From Deltaproteobacteria bacterium (GTDB taxonomy: Bacteria > Desulfobacterota > Dissulfuribacteria > Dissulfuribacterales > QOAL01): 63,435 nt of DNA. The notes beneath the pieces were generated by a model. That model searched no databases. It saw only the letters and a list, made by a program, of their open reading frames with translations, and was not told where the DNA came from. Shown here in pieces: positions 50,391-59,514 of this stretch (positions within the stretch are counted from its first letter, which is position 1; every line of letters begins with the position of its first letter). Location: NCBI GenBank assembly GCA_026992735.1, contig JALWYO010000055.1, positions 1-63,435 on the forward strand, in the 5' to 3' direction. A program made the translations under genes and the position numbers.

Positions 50391-51821
50391 TTACCCCTTT
50401 ATAACTGCCATTGGTTTAAGCATAGCTACCTTCCTGGCAAGCCCGGCCCTGTGCGTAACATCTACAACAAGCCTGACATCCTTGTAGGCGCCTGGGGCCT
50501 CTTCCGCAACACCTCTCAAGCTGGCTGCCCTAACGATGATGCCCTTTGCACCGAGAGAGCGTAGAACTCCCCTTCCCTTCCAGCGCTTTAGGGCGCTCCT
50601 CCTGCTCATGGCCCTCCCTGCCCCATGACATGCGCTGTTCCAGGCAAGCTCACCGCTCCTTTCTGTGCCAGCCAATACAAAAGAACATGTGCCCATGCTC
50701 CCGCCTATAAAAACCGGCTGGCCTACAGCCTTATAAATGGCTGGCAACTCCTGGTGGCCAGGGCCAAAGGCCCTGGTTGCACCCTTTCTATGGACATAGA
50801 GGGTCTTTAATATCCCGTTTACCATATGCCGCTCTTTTTTGCACGTATTATGGCTTACATCATATATGAGACGGCAGCCAACACCGGGCAAGACCCTCCT
50901 TAGCACCTGCTCTGTCATATGGCCCAGAACCTGGCGGTTTGCAAGGGCGCAATTCACGCCGCATGCCATTGCACTGTAATATGACTGGCCCTCGGGAGAC
51001 TCTATGGGGGCACATACCAGTTCGCGCTCTCTGATAGGTATGCGGTATTTCTTGGCAGCCTTTCCGAGGACCTGGATGTAATCCGTGCCTATCTGATGGC
51101 CCAGGGCCCTGGAACCGCAATGAATAGAGATAACTACCTGGTCCTTCTGAAGCCCAAATGCCTGGGCAGCAGCCTCGTCGTATATTTCCCCAACGTACTG
51201 GATTTCAAGATAGTGATTACCAGACCCAAGGGTCCCCATCTGGTTGAGCTGCCTTTCCCTGGCCCTGGTTGACACCTTGGAAGGATCAGCTCCGGCAAGC
51301 CGCCCATGTTCTTCAATAAAGGCCAGGTCGTCAGGCCTTCCAAAGCCCCTCTTTACCGCCCATTCAGCACCTTGTTCAAGGACTTCATCAAGCTCCTGCA
51401 TGGAGAGCTTCAGCTTGCCAGTTGAACCCACTCCGACCGGTATGGCTCGGAAGAGTTCATCAATAAGATATTCCAGTGCTGAAAGGATCTCCTGCCTGCT
51501 GATGCTCAGCCTCATACACCTGACACCGCAGGAGATATCATATCCTACCCCTCCAACTGATATTATTCCGCCATTACCAGGGTCGAATGCAGCCACACCA
51601 CCGATAAGGAAACCGTATCCCCAGTGGGCATCCGGCATTGCCATGGAGGCCCTGACTATGCCGGGAAGAGCTGCCACGTTCACAAGCTGCTGACCAACCT
51701 TGTCCTCCATTCCCTGAAGTAGCTGGCGATCCGCAAAGATGAAACCCGGCACCCGCATGGGACCGGCAGCCGGAAGTTCCCATAGGCACTTTCCTCTGCT
51801 TTTAAAACGGTTTATATCCAT
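50391..51821 (-). CDS. rtcB: RNA 3'-phosphate ligase RtcB
   Basis: MPDAHWGYGF, GSGNHYLEIQ and CHGAGR motifs. 476 aa with no intein. Confidence 0.95.
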   Translation of the reverse strand: MDINRFKSRGKCLWELPAAGPMRVPGFIFADRQLLQGMEDKVGQQLVNVAALPGIVRASMAMPDAHWGYGFLIGGVAAFDPGNGGIISVGGVGYDISCGVRCMRLSISRQEILSALEYLIDELFRAIPVGVGSTGKLKLSMQELDEVLEQGAEWAVKRGFGRPDDLAFIEEHGRLAGADPSKVSTRARERQLNQMGTLGSGNHYLEIQYVGEIYDEAAAQAFGLQKDQVVISIHCGSRALGHQIGTDYIQVLGKAAKKYRIPIRERELVCAPIESPEGQSYYSAMACGVNCALANRQVLGHMTEQVLRRVLPGVGCRLIYDVSHNTCKKERHMVNGILKTLYVHRKGATRAFGPGHQELPAIYKAVGQPVFIGGSMGTCSFVLAGTERSGELAWNSACHGAGRAMSRRSALKRWKGRGVLRSLGAKGIIVRAASLRGVAEEAPGAYKDVRLVVDVTHRAGLARKVAMLKPMAVIKG

Positions 51822-51933
51822 ATCGCCATTGTCCGCCTGTTGTCTTGCAAGCTTCTTCTATAATCCGGGATAACCAGCTATTCCCCGGGCAACCGTATCA
51901 GCAGCACGGCCGGGCATTTCCATCCGGCGCGGA

Positions 51934-52188
51934 TCAGGGAGTCCATCCCTTCCTGCCCCATTCTATCCAGCCCCAAGTGGATAGACCGGTAAAGACCAGG
52001 AACAGCGCGGCCTGGGCATAGATACCATGATAAATATTGACTGTTATCCAGCCGATGTTGGCCACGGTATAGATGGCAAAACTCGACCTCTTCTTCTTTA
52101 TATTCAGGACCGCAGCAACGATACTGACTACTGTCAGCGTCCATGGCAGCAGATGGGTCATGATAAAATCAATAGAGAGCCCCTTCAC
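51934..52188 (-). CDS. Small 3-TM membrane protein resembling one repeat of a PnuC-type transporter
   Basis: VLNIKKKRSSFAIYTVANIGWITVNIYHGIYAQAALFLVFTGLSTWGWIEW matches the PnuC repeat pattern as I recall it (LN.rK...w....n......y.glY.....f......GW..W). Its GTG start overlaps the upstream TGA (GTGA). Confidence 0.5.
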   Translation of the reverse strand: MKGLSIDFIMTHLLPWTLTVVSIVAAVLNIKKKRSSFAIYTVANIGWITVNIYHGIYAQAALFLVFTGLSTWGWIEWGRKGWTP

Positions 52189-52742
52189 TTTAGATATTTC
52201 AGCATCTGTTTAAATTCACTGCTTCCTGCCCTTCGAAGCATCTGGTACAATATTGTCTCTGTGCTGGCGCAGGCCACACCGTTCGCCATCAGAAGCCCCA
52301 AGGCCCTTTCCATGTTCTGGGCTGACCTGGAAGAGACCGCATCTGATGCGACCCATACCTTGTAGCCATGCTGAAGCGCAGCAACCGCTGTCTGGAACAC
52401 GCAGATATGCGCCTCCACCCCGGTCAGCACGAGGGTATCAACTGCTGCTGGCAGATTTTGCACTATTCTCACAAATTCCTGGTTAAAGAAACAATTGAAT
52501 TCCATCTTGTCAAAAGCAAGGGCATCCTTAAGCAGAATAGATATGTCCTCCACTATGGCCCCAAGACCCTTTTTGTACTGAGTACTGGCAATAACCGGGA
52601 GATCGAGAACAGAAGCGCAATGAAGCAGGAGCACCGTGTTATTGACTACCCTTTCCGGCTCCTGGACAGCCTTCATCAGCCGCTCCTGAGGATCTATCAC
52701 CAGGAGACACGACCTTGCAGCATTGATAAGTTCCAGTTTCAT
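52185..52742 (-). CDS. Isochorismatase-family cysteine hydrolase (nicotinamidase-like)
   Basis: CLLVIDPQE and LVLTGVEAHICVFQTA (catalytic Cys). 185 aa. Confidence 0.8.
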   Translation of the reverse strand: MKLELINAARSCLLVIDPQERLMKAVQEPERVVNNTVLLLHCASVLDLPVIASTQYKKGLGAIVEDISILLKDALAFDKMEFNCFFNQEFVRIVQNLPAAVDTLVLTGVEAHICVFQTAVAALQHGYKVWVASDAVSSRSAQNMERALGLLMANGVACASTETILYQMLRRAGSSEFKQMLKYLK

Positions 52743-52965
52743 AAAAGTTTCACCCCTTTCTGAGCCTGAACCAATACTATTAAATTGTCAACTGGAAAAA
52801 ATTATTGAAAATTTACAGATAGATTAGATCTTTTTAGGAAAAATTAAATGATTGATACAAAAAAATTGCAAGTGTAGCAATAACTGAAGTGTAGTTTTAC
52901 TGGCCGGGGTCACGACGTCGGCAATTCCAACTATCTCCCTTTTCCCTACTTTCTGTCTACGAATG

Positions 52966-53529
52966 TTATAAAATCGAGAACTGTTTCAGTATGTCTGCCA
53001 GGTCAGGATGGTTCCTGGCGTAATTGCGCAGCACCTCGAAAAGCCTTTCAAGCCTTTTCCTGTCAGACACTATATCATCCTCTATCTTTTTCATCTTGTC
53101 CTCAAATGGCCTGACCATGGTCCGCCTGTCCCAGATGGCGAAACCTATACTGACAGCCACTATCGCAGCAAAGGCACCCACGATAGCCATCATCAGGTTC
53201 TGCATTGATTCAAAGCGTTTATCCACCTGTTCAAAACGCTTATCCACCTGTTCAAAACGCTTGTTTATGTCCTGCCTTAATTCTTCAAAGCGCCTGTTCA
53301 TGTCCTGCCTCAATTCAGCGAAGCGCTTATCCACCTGTTCAAAACGCTTATCGATCTGCTCGAAGCGCTTGTCGATCTGGTTCAGGCGTTCATCAATGCG
53401 TATCAGCGCTTCCCTGTCCTTCTGCGTGAAGGAATCACCTCCCGCATGGGCTGGAAAAATTGTGACGGCATTGGAAAAACAGGCGATGACGAACAACAAA
53501 AAAATGGATTTTTCCATGGGGAATTTCAT
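52966..53529 (-). CDS. Secreted / single-TM protein with tandem DKRFEQ(V/I) heptad repeats
   Basis: Signal peptide, then (I/V)DKRFEQ repeats interleaved with ELRQD(M/I)N(R/K)RFE units, then a TM helix (MMAIVGAFAAIVAVSIGFAIW) and a charged tail. GGAGG lies upstream of ATG 53529. The underlying 21-bp DNA repeats span 53210-53395. Confidence 0.7.
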   Translation of the reverse strand: MKFPMEKSIFLLFVIACFSNAVTIFPAHAGGDSFTQKDREALIRIDERLNQIDKRFEQIDKRFEQVDKRFAELRQDMNRRFEELRQDINKRFEQVDKRFEQVDKRFESMQNLMMAIVGAFAAIVAVSIGFAIWDRRTMVRPFEDKMKKIEDDIVSDRKRLERLFEVLRNYARNHPDLADILKQFSIL

Positions 53530-53731
53530 GGGAGAATGCCTCCTTCCATGCATACATGCATGCATGATCTGGATTTAGTCCCGAGCAACTCTCAGAAGCA
53601 ACCAGAGGTACCAGATGATCAACAGGATTCTACGTTAAAATCGTAGCATATACGATCGTATCCCACAAGATAAACTGGAGCCCAAATTTTGGACAGTAGT
53701 TTAAGCTGTTATAAGGAGCCGAGGTGTCAAT

Positions 53732-53977
53732 ATGACCGAGAGAAAAAAGCGTAAAATTTACAGTCCTGAGTTCAAGGCCAAGGTAGGAATAGAGGCACTG
53801 AAGGGACTCAAGACAGTCAACGAGATCGGGAGACGTATGGGGTCCACTTCAGCCAGAACCAGGGTTTTGGAATCCAAGTTCCAGGGCAGAAGAAGCGCCT
53901 CGGCCACAGGGTGCGGGATATTTCGGCATATGTGGCCGAAATATCCCGCACCCTGTGGCCAAAATGCTAAGCAATAA
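53732..53977 (+). pseudogene. Decayed IS3-family orfA (HTH) remnant
   Basis: MTERKKRKIYSPEFKAKVGIEALKGLKTVNEI matches the IS3/IS911 OrfA N-terminus. The expected YGVH.SQ continuation appears only in another frame (TYGVHFSQ), there is no orfB, and I could not identify clear IS ends. Confidence 0.65.
53902..53960. repeat. Perfect 26-bp inverted repeat with a 7-nt loop
   Basis: GGCCACAGGGTGCGGGATATTTCGGC atatgtg GCCGAAATATCCCGCACCCTGTGGCC, checked base by base. Confidence 0.95.
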
Positions 53978-53990
53978 ATAACATTTTAAA

Positions 53991-54401
53991 TCACCAAATT
54001 CCTGTCGTCTGGGTCTGTGTCAAAGAATAAACACCATCCCCCTTATTGCATACAGGATTACTACGCTTCCCATTCACAATAAATGGATTGGCTTGTGTGC
54101 CATTACCAGAATAACTGACTTGAATATCAGCTGGATATGTAAGTGTTTCTCCACCAATTGTATGAGAATTGGCAAAACCTGCACTCGAAGGAGCACTTCC
54201 ACTATCTGCCAGTGCTCTTACCAAGGCTAACATGGTATCATGTACGGACACTTCAACAGGAGAACATTTGGCAGAGTTAACATAGGGGGTATAGATATTC
54301 ATAGCAATGGCAGCAAGAATACCAAGTATTGCTATAGCAATCATCAGTTCAACTAAAGTGAAAGCATTACAGTTCTTTTCCTTATTTATAAAAACCATCA
54401 T
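53991..54401 (-). CDS. pilE: Type IV pilin-like protein (PilE/PilA position)
   Basis: Prepilin N-terminus ...NCNAFTLVELMIAIAILGILAAIA (class III signal; Ala at -1, Glu at +5). 136 aa. Last gene of the minor-pilin operon. Confidence 0.8.
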   Translation of the reverse strand: MMVFINKEKNCNAFTLVELMIAIAILGILAAIAMNIYTPYVNSAKCSPVEVSVHDTMLALVRALADSGSAPSSAGFANSHTIGGETLTYPADIQVSYSGNGTQANPFIVNGKRSNPVCNKGDGVYSLTQTQTTGIW

Positions 54402-54533
54402 TCCATTTACCTATATAAAATTTCAAAATAATCACATAAACAGTAACAAAATATATCAACAACGAATATCCATTTAATAGTCTAAAGATATTTATACTAT
54501 ATTTAGATAGATCACCTTAGTAGATTAGCCATA

Positions 54534-54887
54534 TTACTTGCCCTTAGTAAATGAACCTCTCTTAATTGTCATGATTGATTTTACTTTTCCTGTATTTCTG
54601 TCTATCTGCATCTCTATCTCATCTCCAGCCTTAACGGACTTATCTCCAGGTATTCTTGGCATAGACATGTCATCGATAACAATATGGTCTGAAAAAACAG
54701 CATCAACATGTCCTTTTACTCTCTCGACAGGTGAAAATATCTTATTCTTTTCAATCTTTAAGGCAGATGGAGGCAAAACATGTCCATTTATCTCACTATC
54801 TGGCCGACTAAACCCCGGGACAACACAAGCAGCCCAAACAACTGCAGCAGTCAACATTATAATAAAAATAGATTTTATGCTACGCAT
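54534..54887 (-). CDS. Small secreted protein of unknown function (PilY2-equivalent position)
   Basis: 117 aa with signal peptide MRSIKSIFIIMLTAAVVWAAC. Lies between pilY1-like and pilE-like genes. Confidence 0.55.
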   Translation of the reverse strand: MRSIKSIFIIMLTAAVVWAACVVPGFSRPDSEINGHVLPPSALKIEKNKIFSPVERVKGHVDAVFSDHIVIDDMSMPRIPGDKSVKAGDEIEMQIDRNTGKVKSIMTIKRGSFTKGK

Positions 54888-54947
54888 AATGACCTTGACT
54901 CTCCTTTTTCTATTGTAACCTGTTGAATTAATTCGACAGCAACCATC

Positions 54948-57900
54948 TTACCACTCTATCCAGTAAAGCAGGCCAAGATACTCAGCAGGCTCTCGAACTC
55001 TTACAATAGTACCCTGTGACGTACTAAAATACTTGAATTCCTGGTCCTTACCCGGAAGCCTGACAAAAACCGGGTCATGTATAATCATTGGGAATTTTTT
55101 TCCTGCTGGAATACCACCTTCGGCATCTTGGTCATCTAATATGGTGTCATCATTCTTATCGAAAACAGGCGTATCAGGACTGCCCCCGTTACAGGCATGC
55201 AACTCGTACAGCGTGGAAGAGCCACCACCCGTACATTTATCTGGCGATGGCGTAATGGTAATAACTATTGCATTGCCGTTTCGTATTATGATGTCCCTGC
55301 TTGCCCTTTCGCCGGTTTCTGGAAGATTCATATACCAACCTATATTTGCATTAACCGGATTGGAAAGTCCTCCCGATTGATCTGGTTCTGTAGTCCACGT
55401 AGCATTATTATCTGTTATATAAACATAATCATCACCACTAGTTACAACTTCCTGCTTAAGCAATGTAACATTGCTGCCTTCAAGTGCTTCAGATGGTGTC
55501 AGAGTACCCGGGCCACTCGAATCAAACTCACCAATATATTCACTTGAGTTATCCCCGTAATCCCAGACACCATAAACAGTTTGAACTGACTGGTCAGCTG
55601 GATCACTCAAGCCGAAAAACTTTCCTGTAGCAAATATTACAACATAACCATGGCTGCTGCAGTGTCTCATCACATCAGGACGTATTGTGATAGGCTGAGG
55701 ATGACCTGCATTTTTTACAGTAAAAAGGGGAGCAGGAGCATCTCCATTGGAATAGGCAACACCCCACTCGGATGTACTGTTTGCAGATATATCAAACTTC
55801 CACAAATTACCCTTTAGATCGCCAGCGTATACATAATCTGCTACAAAATCACCATCTGTGTCTACTACTACTGGTGTAGAAAGTCCATTATCTCCTCCTA
55901 CACCAGTATCTATCTTTTTTATAACCTGTCCAGATTCAAGATCAAGTATATAAAGAACAGCATGGCAGTTGATACTGCCATATCCGTTGCCAAATATAGC
56001 AACCTTGTTTCCTATATGTGTCTTGACTATAGATACCTTGCTCATGCTGTAGCCAAGATCAGGATCTTCTACTGATGCTGGGTACTCCCACATAAACATA
56101 TCTGCAGCAGAATCTTCATCCGTAATTGAATCTGCATTGGTTATATTGAGAGCAAAATAACCCTTGCCACCTGCACCAAGCCCGCCAACGAGACGTGTCT
56201 TATCAACAGACACCGTAGGAGTAAGATCAACGAAAAAGTGATGATCATACGAAGGATCGGTAAGGTCTTTCAGATATGGAAATACATTATTAGGAATAAA
56301 AGCAAACCGTTCCCTGCCAGTGAAAATATTGAAGGCATGGAGCATACCATCATTACCACCAACAAAAACTGTACGATTCACAAGTGTCGGAGCAGAATGA
56401 ACTAGGTCTCCAAGCTTACTGTCGCGATGCCTGAAACCTGATATCTCTTTGCCACGGATGTACTGTAGAACTTTTGTAACAGCTGTTGCATTGTTCCCCA
56501 GCAAAGACTTCTGATCATCAGTTAAATTAACAACCCGGAATGGTTTGCCAGTTGACCCATCAGAGGTAAAAATACGCCTGCCCGAATCCCAGTCCTGGTC
56601 ATTCAGTTTTGTCTGCGCATCCCAAAGTTCATCCGCCTGTTCACCAGTCAACGGATTAAGCTTGAAAGCCTTAAGACTACCCGCCCAGACAGTTGAATCG
56701 TAGGACGACTGATACAACACGGTATTTTCCGTGAGTTTCTCACTGTTAATAGAAACAGCAGCTCCTGATGCCGCCCTGTCGCTTATATTTGCTGCAATTC
56801 TTGCCAGAGCATCTATCAGTTCTTCGGGATCCTGTGCAGCGACAAAAGTGCCTCTGCCGTTAACAGCAGCATGCCACAGGTCATCTATTTTTTTGGGACA
56901 GGCATAACAATTTGAAGTTGGGTCTTTCCATGCAGGCGCAGGTGGAGCATCAGGATCACCATTTATTACTCCAAGCATACACTCTTGATATGCGTCATAA
57001 CTAGGATTGAGCTCCCCCTTTACACCGAACGATAAGCCGTAAGTAACGAGGTGTTGCTTATTGTTTGAATCGCATTCATTTACAGGTACGGCATTAGAGA
57101 TATCATCAGCAAGGTCTTCCTTGTAATACTTGCGTGCTACGTCTGCCAATGTATTAGAATAGGAATCTTTAAAAGGTTTTACATCATTGCCATCCACATT
57201 TCCCACATTGGGACTGGAACCATTCCAATATCCATCTGTCATTAAAATGGCAAATGCCTGTTGACATGAACCGCCATCTGCTTCGCTTGCCCATGGAGCA
57301 TCACCAAGATTTCCAGTATAGCCGTCATCTGCGTCAAAATAACATCCTACGTTTTTTAAGGCATATCTCAAGGGTGTGTATCCATCAGAATCGATCCCAA
57401 AAAGCTTATTATACAATTCGTTTCGATGATCGTTAAGATAGACTACCGGTTGACGTAGCCCTGAATTTATAGTGTAAAAACCCACATTGACCCCATTAAG
57501 CTGATCCATGGCAATTGCAACTGCCGCTTTTGCAGTAAGCTCTCTTCTTCTATAATAAGAAAACCAATTGGCAAAATTCTGCAGTTCTTCCGAAAAGCTC
57601 ATATAACCTATGATATTTCCATCTTGATCTTTTTTCACAGCCTTGATACTGTCAGGAATGTCTGCAACCTCTATCAGTTCATTGGCGGAATCTATTATGT
57701 CATTACCGTTTTCATCATTAAATCGATAATATTTCCTGGCATCAAGAACACCATCATGATCAGTATCTTCAAAATTCACAAGATAGACTTCGTTGTTATC
57801 TATATCTCCATTCCCATTGCTGTCATCCCAAGCGTAATAGTGAGCGTTATATACTATTATCGAATTTGTCTTTGTAAAATTGAACGTACCTATATATTGC

Positions 57901-58868
57901 CATGTATCTCCCTGACCATCAGCAGAATTATGACTAATAAGTGGTTGTGAAGAATCATTGGCAAGATGTGAAACAACCGTTTCTACGTTGCCATGTTTTA
58001 TTGTATATGTAACATTTCTATAACGACTTGGTAAAGTTCTATAATAGACATATACATCATAATTTCCATCCGCAGGTATTGCAAATGACCACATTGCCCA
58101 AGTATCATGGTCTATTGCTTTATTGTAATAATAGTTATTGTATATATCATAACTATAATGTCCAGCTCCCCAGTCGTCTGTTACTCCATCATCATCAGGC
58201 ATGCTAAAATTAGCAATTAACGGATCATTATAATAATTATTATTATCTATAAGCACACTATAATTAGAATTACCTACCCATACTGCATCTGCAGAATAGT
58301 GACAACATTCATTGTTATTATTTCTATAATCAGCATTTAGTCTGACGCATGCAGATAAATCTGGCATTACAAGAAATTCTCCAGCCAGATTAAATGTCGG
58401 CGAAGAATTCTTGGGATTTGACCTAGGATTTGTTGTATCTGCATTCCCATAGGCTGCACCAGGCCATGGCATGTAATTGGCCCTGGGATTGTAATATATT
58501 TTATTATATCCTGACCACTGGTACTTCCAGCGTCTCCTTTGATTTTCAGAGATCGTATAACCATCACTATAATTATGGTCAGTTCCAGGTGAATAATCAT
58601 CAGCAGGGAAAATGTAACGTTTAGTGCCAGATGAAGGAGGACTATCATGAAACACTCCATTATCTTCAGGCGTCATGAACTCCCAATCCATACTCCCAGA
58701 GTTGTCAAATACAAACATCACATGAGGAGGTGGAGCCTGCATTACCGTTTCCATGGGTTGCTGGCTTATATCAACATTACATGCCGTTGACATGTTACCA
58801 CTGGCCATTATTGTCCCAACCAGGCCCGCAGTCACTACAAAAAACATTCTATACAAAGTAGATTTCAT
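54948..58868 (-). CDS. pilY1: PilY1-like tip adhesin with an N-terminal vWA domain
   Basis: Signal peptide, vWA MIDAS motif VMFVFDNSGSM, and a C-terminal PilY1 propeller signature VVVDTDGDFVADYVYAGDLKGNLWKFD. 1306 aa. Confidence 0.85.
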   Translation of the reverse strand: MKSTLYRMFFVVTAGLVGTIMASGNMSTACNVDISQQPMETVMQAPPPHVMFVFDNSGSMDWEFMTPEDNGVFHDSPPSSGTKRYIFPADDYSPGTDHNYSDGYTISENQRRRWKYQWSGYNKIYYNPRANYMPWPGAAYGNADTTNPRSNPKNSSPTFNLAGEFLVMPDLSACVRLNADYRNNNNECCHYSADAVWVGNSNYSVLIDNNNYYNDPLIANFSMPDDDGVTDDWGAGHYSYDIYNNYYYNKAIDHDTWAMWSFAIPADGNYDVYVYYRTLPSRYRNVTYTIKHGNVETVVSHLANDSSQPLISHNSADGQGDTWQYIGTFNFTKTNSIIVYNAHYYAWDDSNGNGDIDNNEVYLVNFEDTDHDGVLDARKYYRFNDENGNDIIDSANELIEVADIPDSIKAVKKDQDGNIIGYMSFSEELQNFANWFSYYRRRELTAKAAVAIAMDQLNGVNVGFYTINSGLRQPVVYLNDHRNELYNKLFGIDSDGYTPLRYALKNVGCYFDADDGYTGNLGDAPWASEADGGSCQQAFAILMTDGYWNGSSPNVGNVDGNDVKPFKDSYSNTLADVARKYYKEDLADDISNAVPVNECDSNNKQHLVTYGLSFGVKGELNPSYDAYQECMLGVINGDPDAPPAPAWKDPTSNCYACPKKIDDLWHAAVNGRGTFVAAQDPEELIDALARIAANISDRAASGAAVSINSEKLTENTVLYQSSYDSTVWAGSLKAFKLNPLTGEQADELWDAQTKLNDQDWDSGRRIFTSDGSTGKPFRVVNLTDDQKSLLGNNATAVTKVLQYIRGKEISGFRHRDSKLGDLVHSAPTLVNRTVFVGGNDGMLHAFNIFTGRERFAFIPNNVFPYLKDLTDPSYDHHFFVDLTPTVSVDKTRLVGGLGAGGKGYFALNITNADSITDEDSAADMFMWEYPASVEDPDLGYSMSKVSIVKTHIGNKVAIFGNGYGSINCHAVLYILDLESGQVIKKIDTGVGGDNGLSTPVVVDTDGDFVADYVYAGDLKGNLWKFDISANSTSEWGVAYSNGDAPAPLFTVKNAGHPQPITIRPDVMRHCSSHGYVVIFATGKFFGLSDPADQSVQTVYGVWDYGDNSSEYIGEFDSSGPGTLTPSEALEGSNVTLLKQEVVTSGDDYVYITDNNATWTTEPDQSGGLSNPVNANIGWYMNLPETGERASRDIIIRNGNAIVITITPSPDKCTGGGSSTLYELHACNGGSPDTPVFDKNDDTILDDQDAEGGIPAGKKFPMIIHDPVFVRLPGKDQEFKYFSTSQGTIVRVREPAEYLGLLYWIEW

Positions 58869-58924
58869 AATTTGTCTCCATTCAAGCCATTATGGAAATT
58901 CGCACTCTAGACAGGGAGCCTGTA

Positions 58925-59500
58925 TCAACTCTTTATCTTTCTCAGGTAGCCCACTTCCAACAGTACACCTCTTCCAACAGCTCCTTGTGGCCTGGTCCTG
59001 GAAAAAATAAAAAAAAGATGTCGTGAGGAAGACTGATGAGATGATCCTATTCCGAGAGAACTACCTGGTGCCGCTCCGGCATGGATAATTTTTACCTTTG
59101 TATGATTGTAGTCAGGATTAGTGGCATTTACATCATTCATCGCGTTATTAACAATAGTCAACCGCGATTGCAAAAAGTCATCTGGACTACCGGAGGATAT
59201 TGAGAGCTTATCCATGACATTGGGAAACTGTCTATCACCAGGAAGTATTATCGTATGACCTGAGCCAGCAAGCATAGTGTCCGGTGTTACTTTCAGACCA
59301 AGAGCGATCTCTCTTGCAGATGCTTCTGTTTTATAAAATGCATCAGTATATGCCCTTATATTACCTGCCACTATATTTTCCATTATTGCATTATTAAGTG
59401 CAAAAGTACCAGCAAGTGAGAGAACAAGCAATGTCAAGATACTCACTATAAGTGCCATACCATCTTCCTTGTTCATTATCTTGACGACGCAATTATTCAT
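58925..59500 (-). CDS. pilX: PilX-like minor pilin
   Basis: PilX_N-type hydrophobic segment GMALIVSILTLLVLSLAGTFALNNAIMENIVAGN. ATG 59500 was chosen; the track starts at TTG 59518. Confidence 0.7.
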   Translation of the reverse strand: MNNCVVKIMNKEDGMALIVSILTLLVLSLAGTFALNNAIMENIVAGNIRAYTDAFYKTEASAREIALGLKVTPDTMLAGSGHTIILPGDRQFPNVMDKLSISSGSPDDFLQSRLTIVNNAMNDVNATNPDYNHTKVKIIHAGAAPGSSLGIGSSHQSSSRHLFFIFSRTRPQGAVGRGVLLEVGYLRKIKS

Positions 59501-59514
59501 TAATAGATCTCCAG

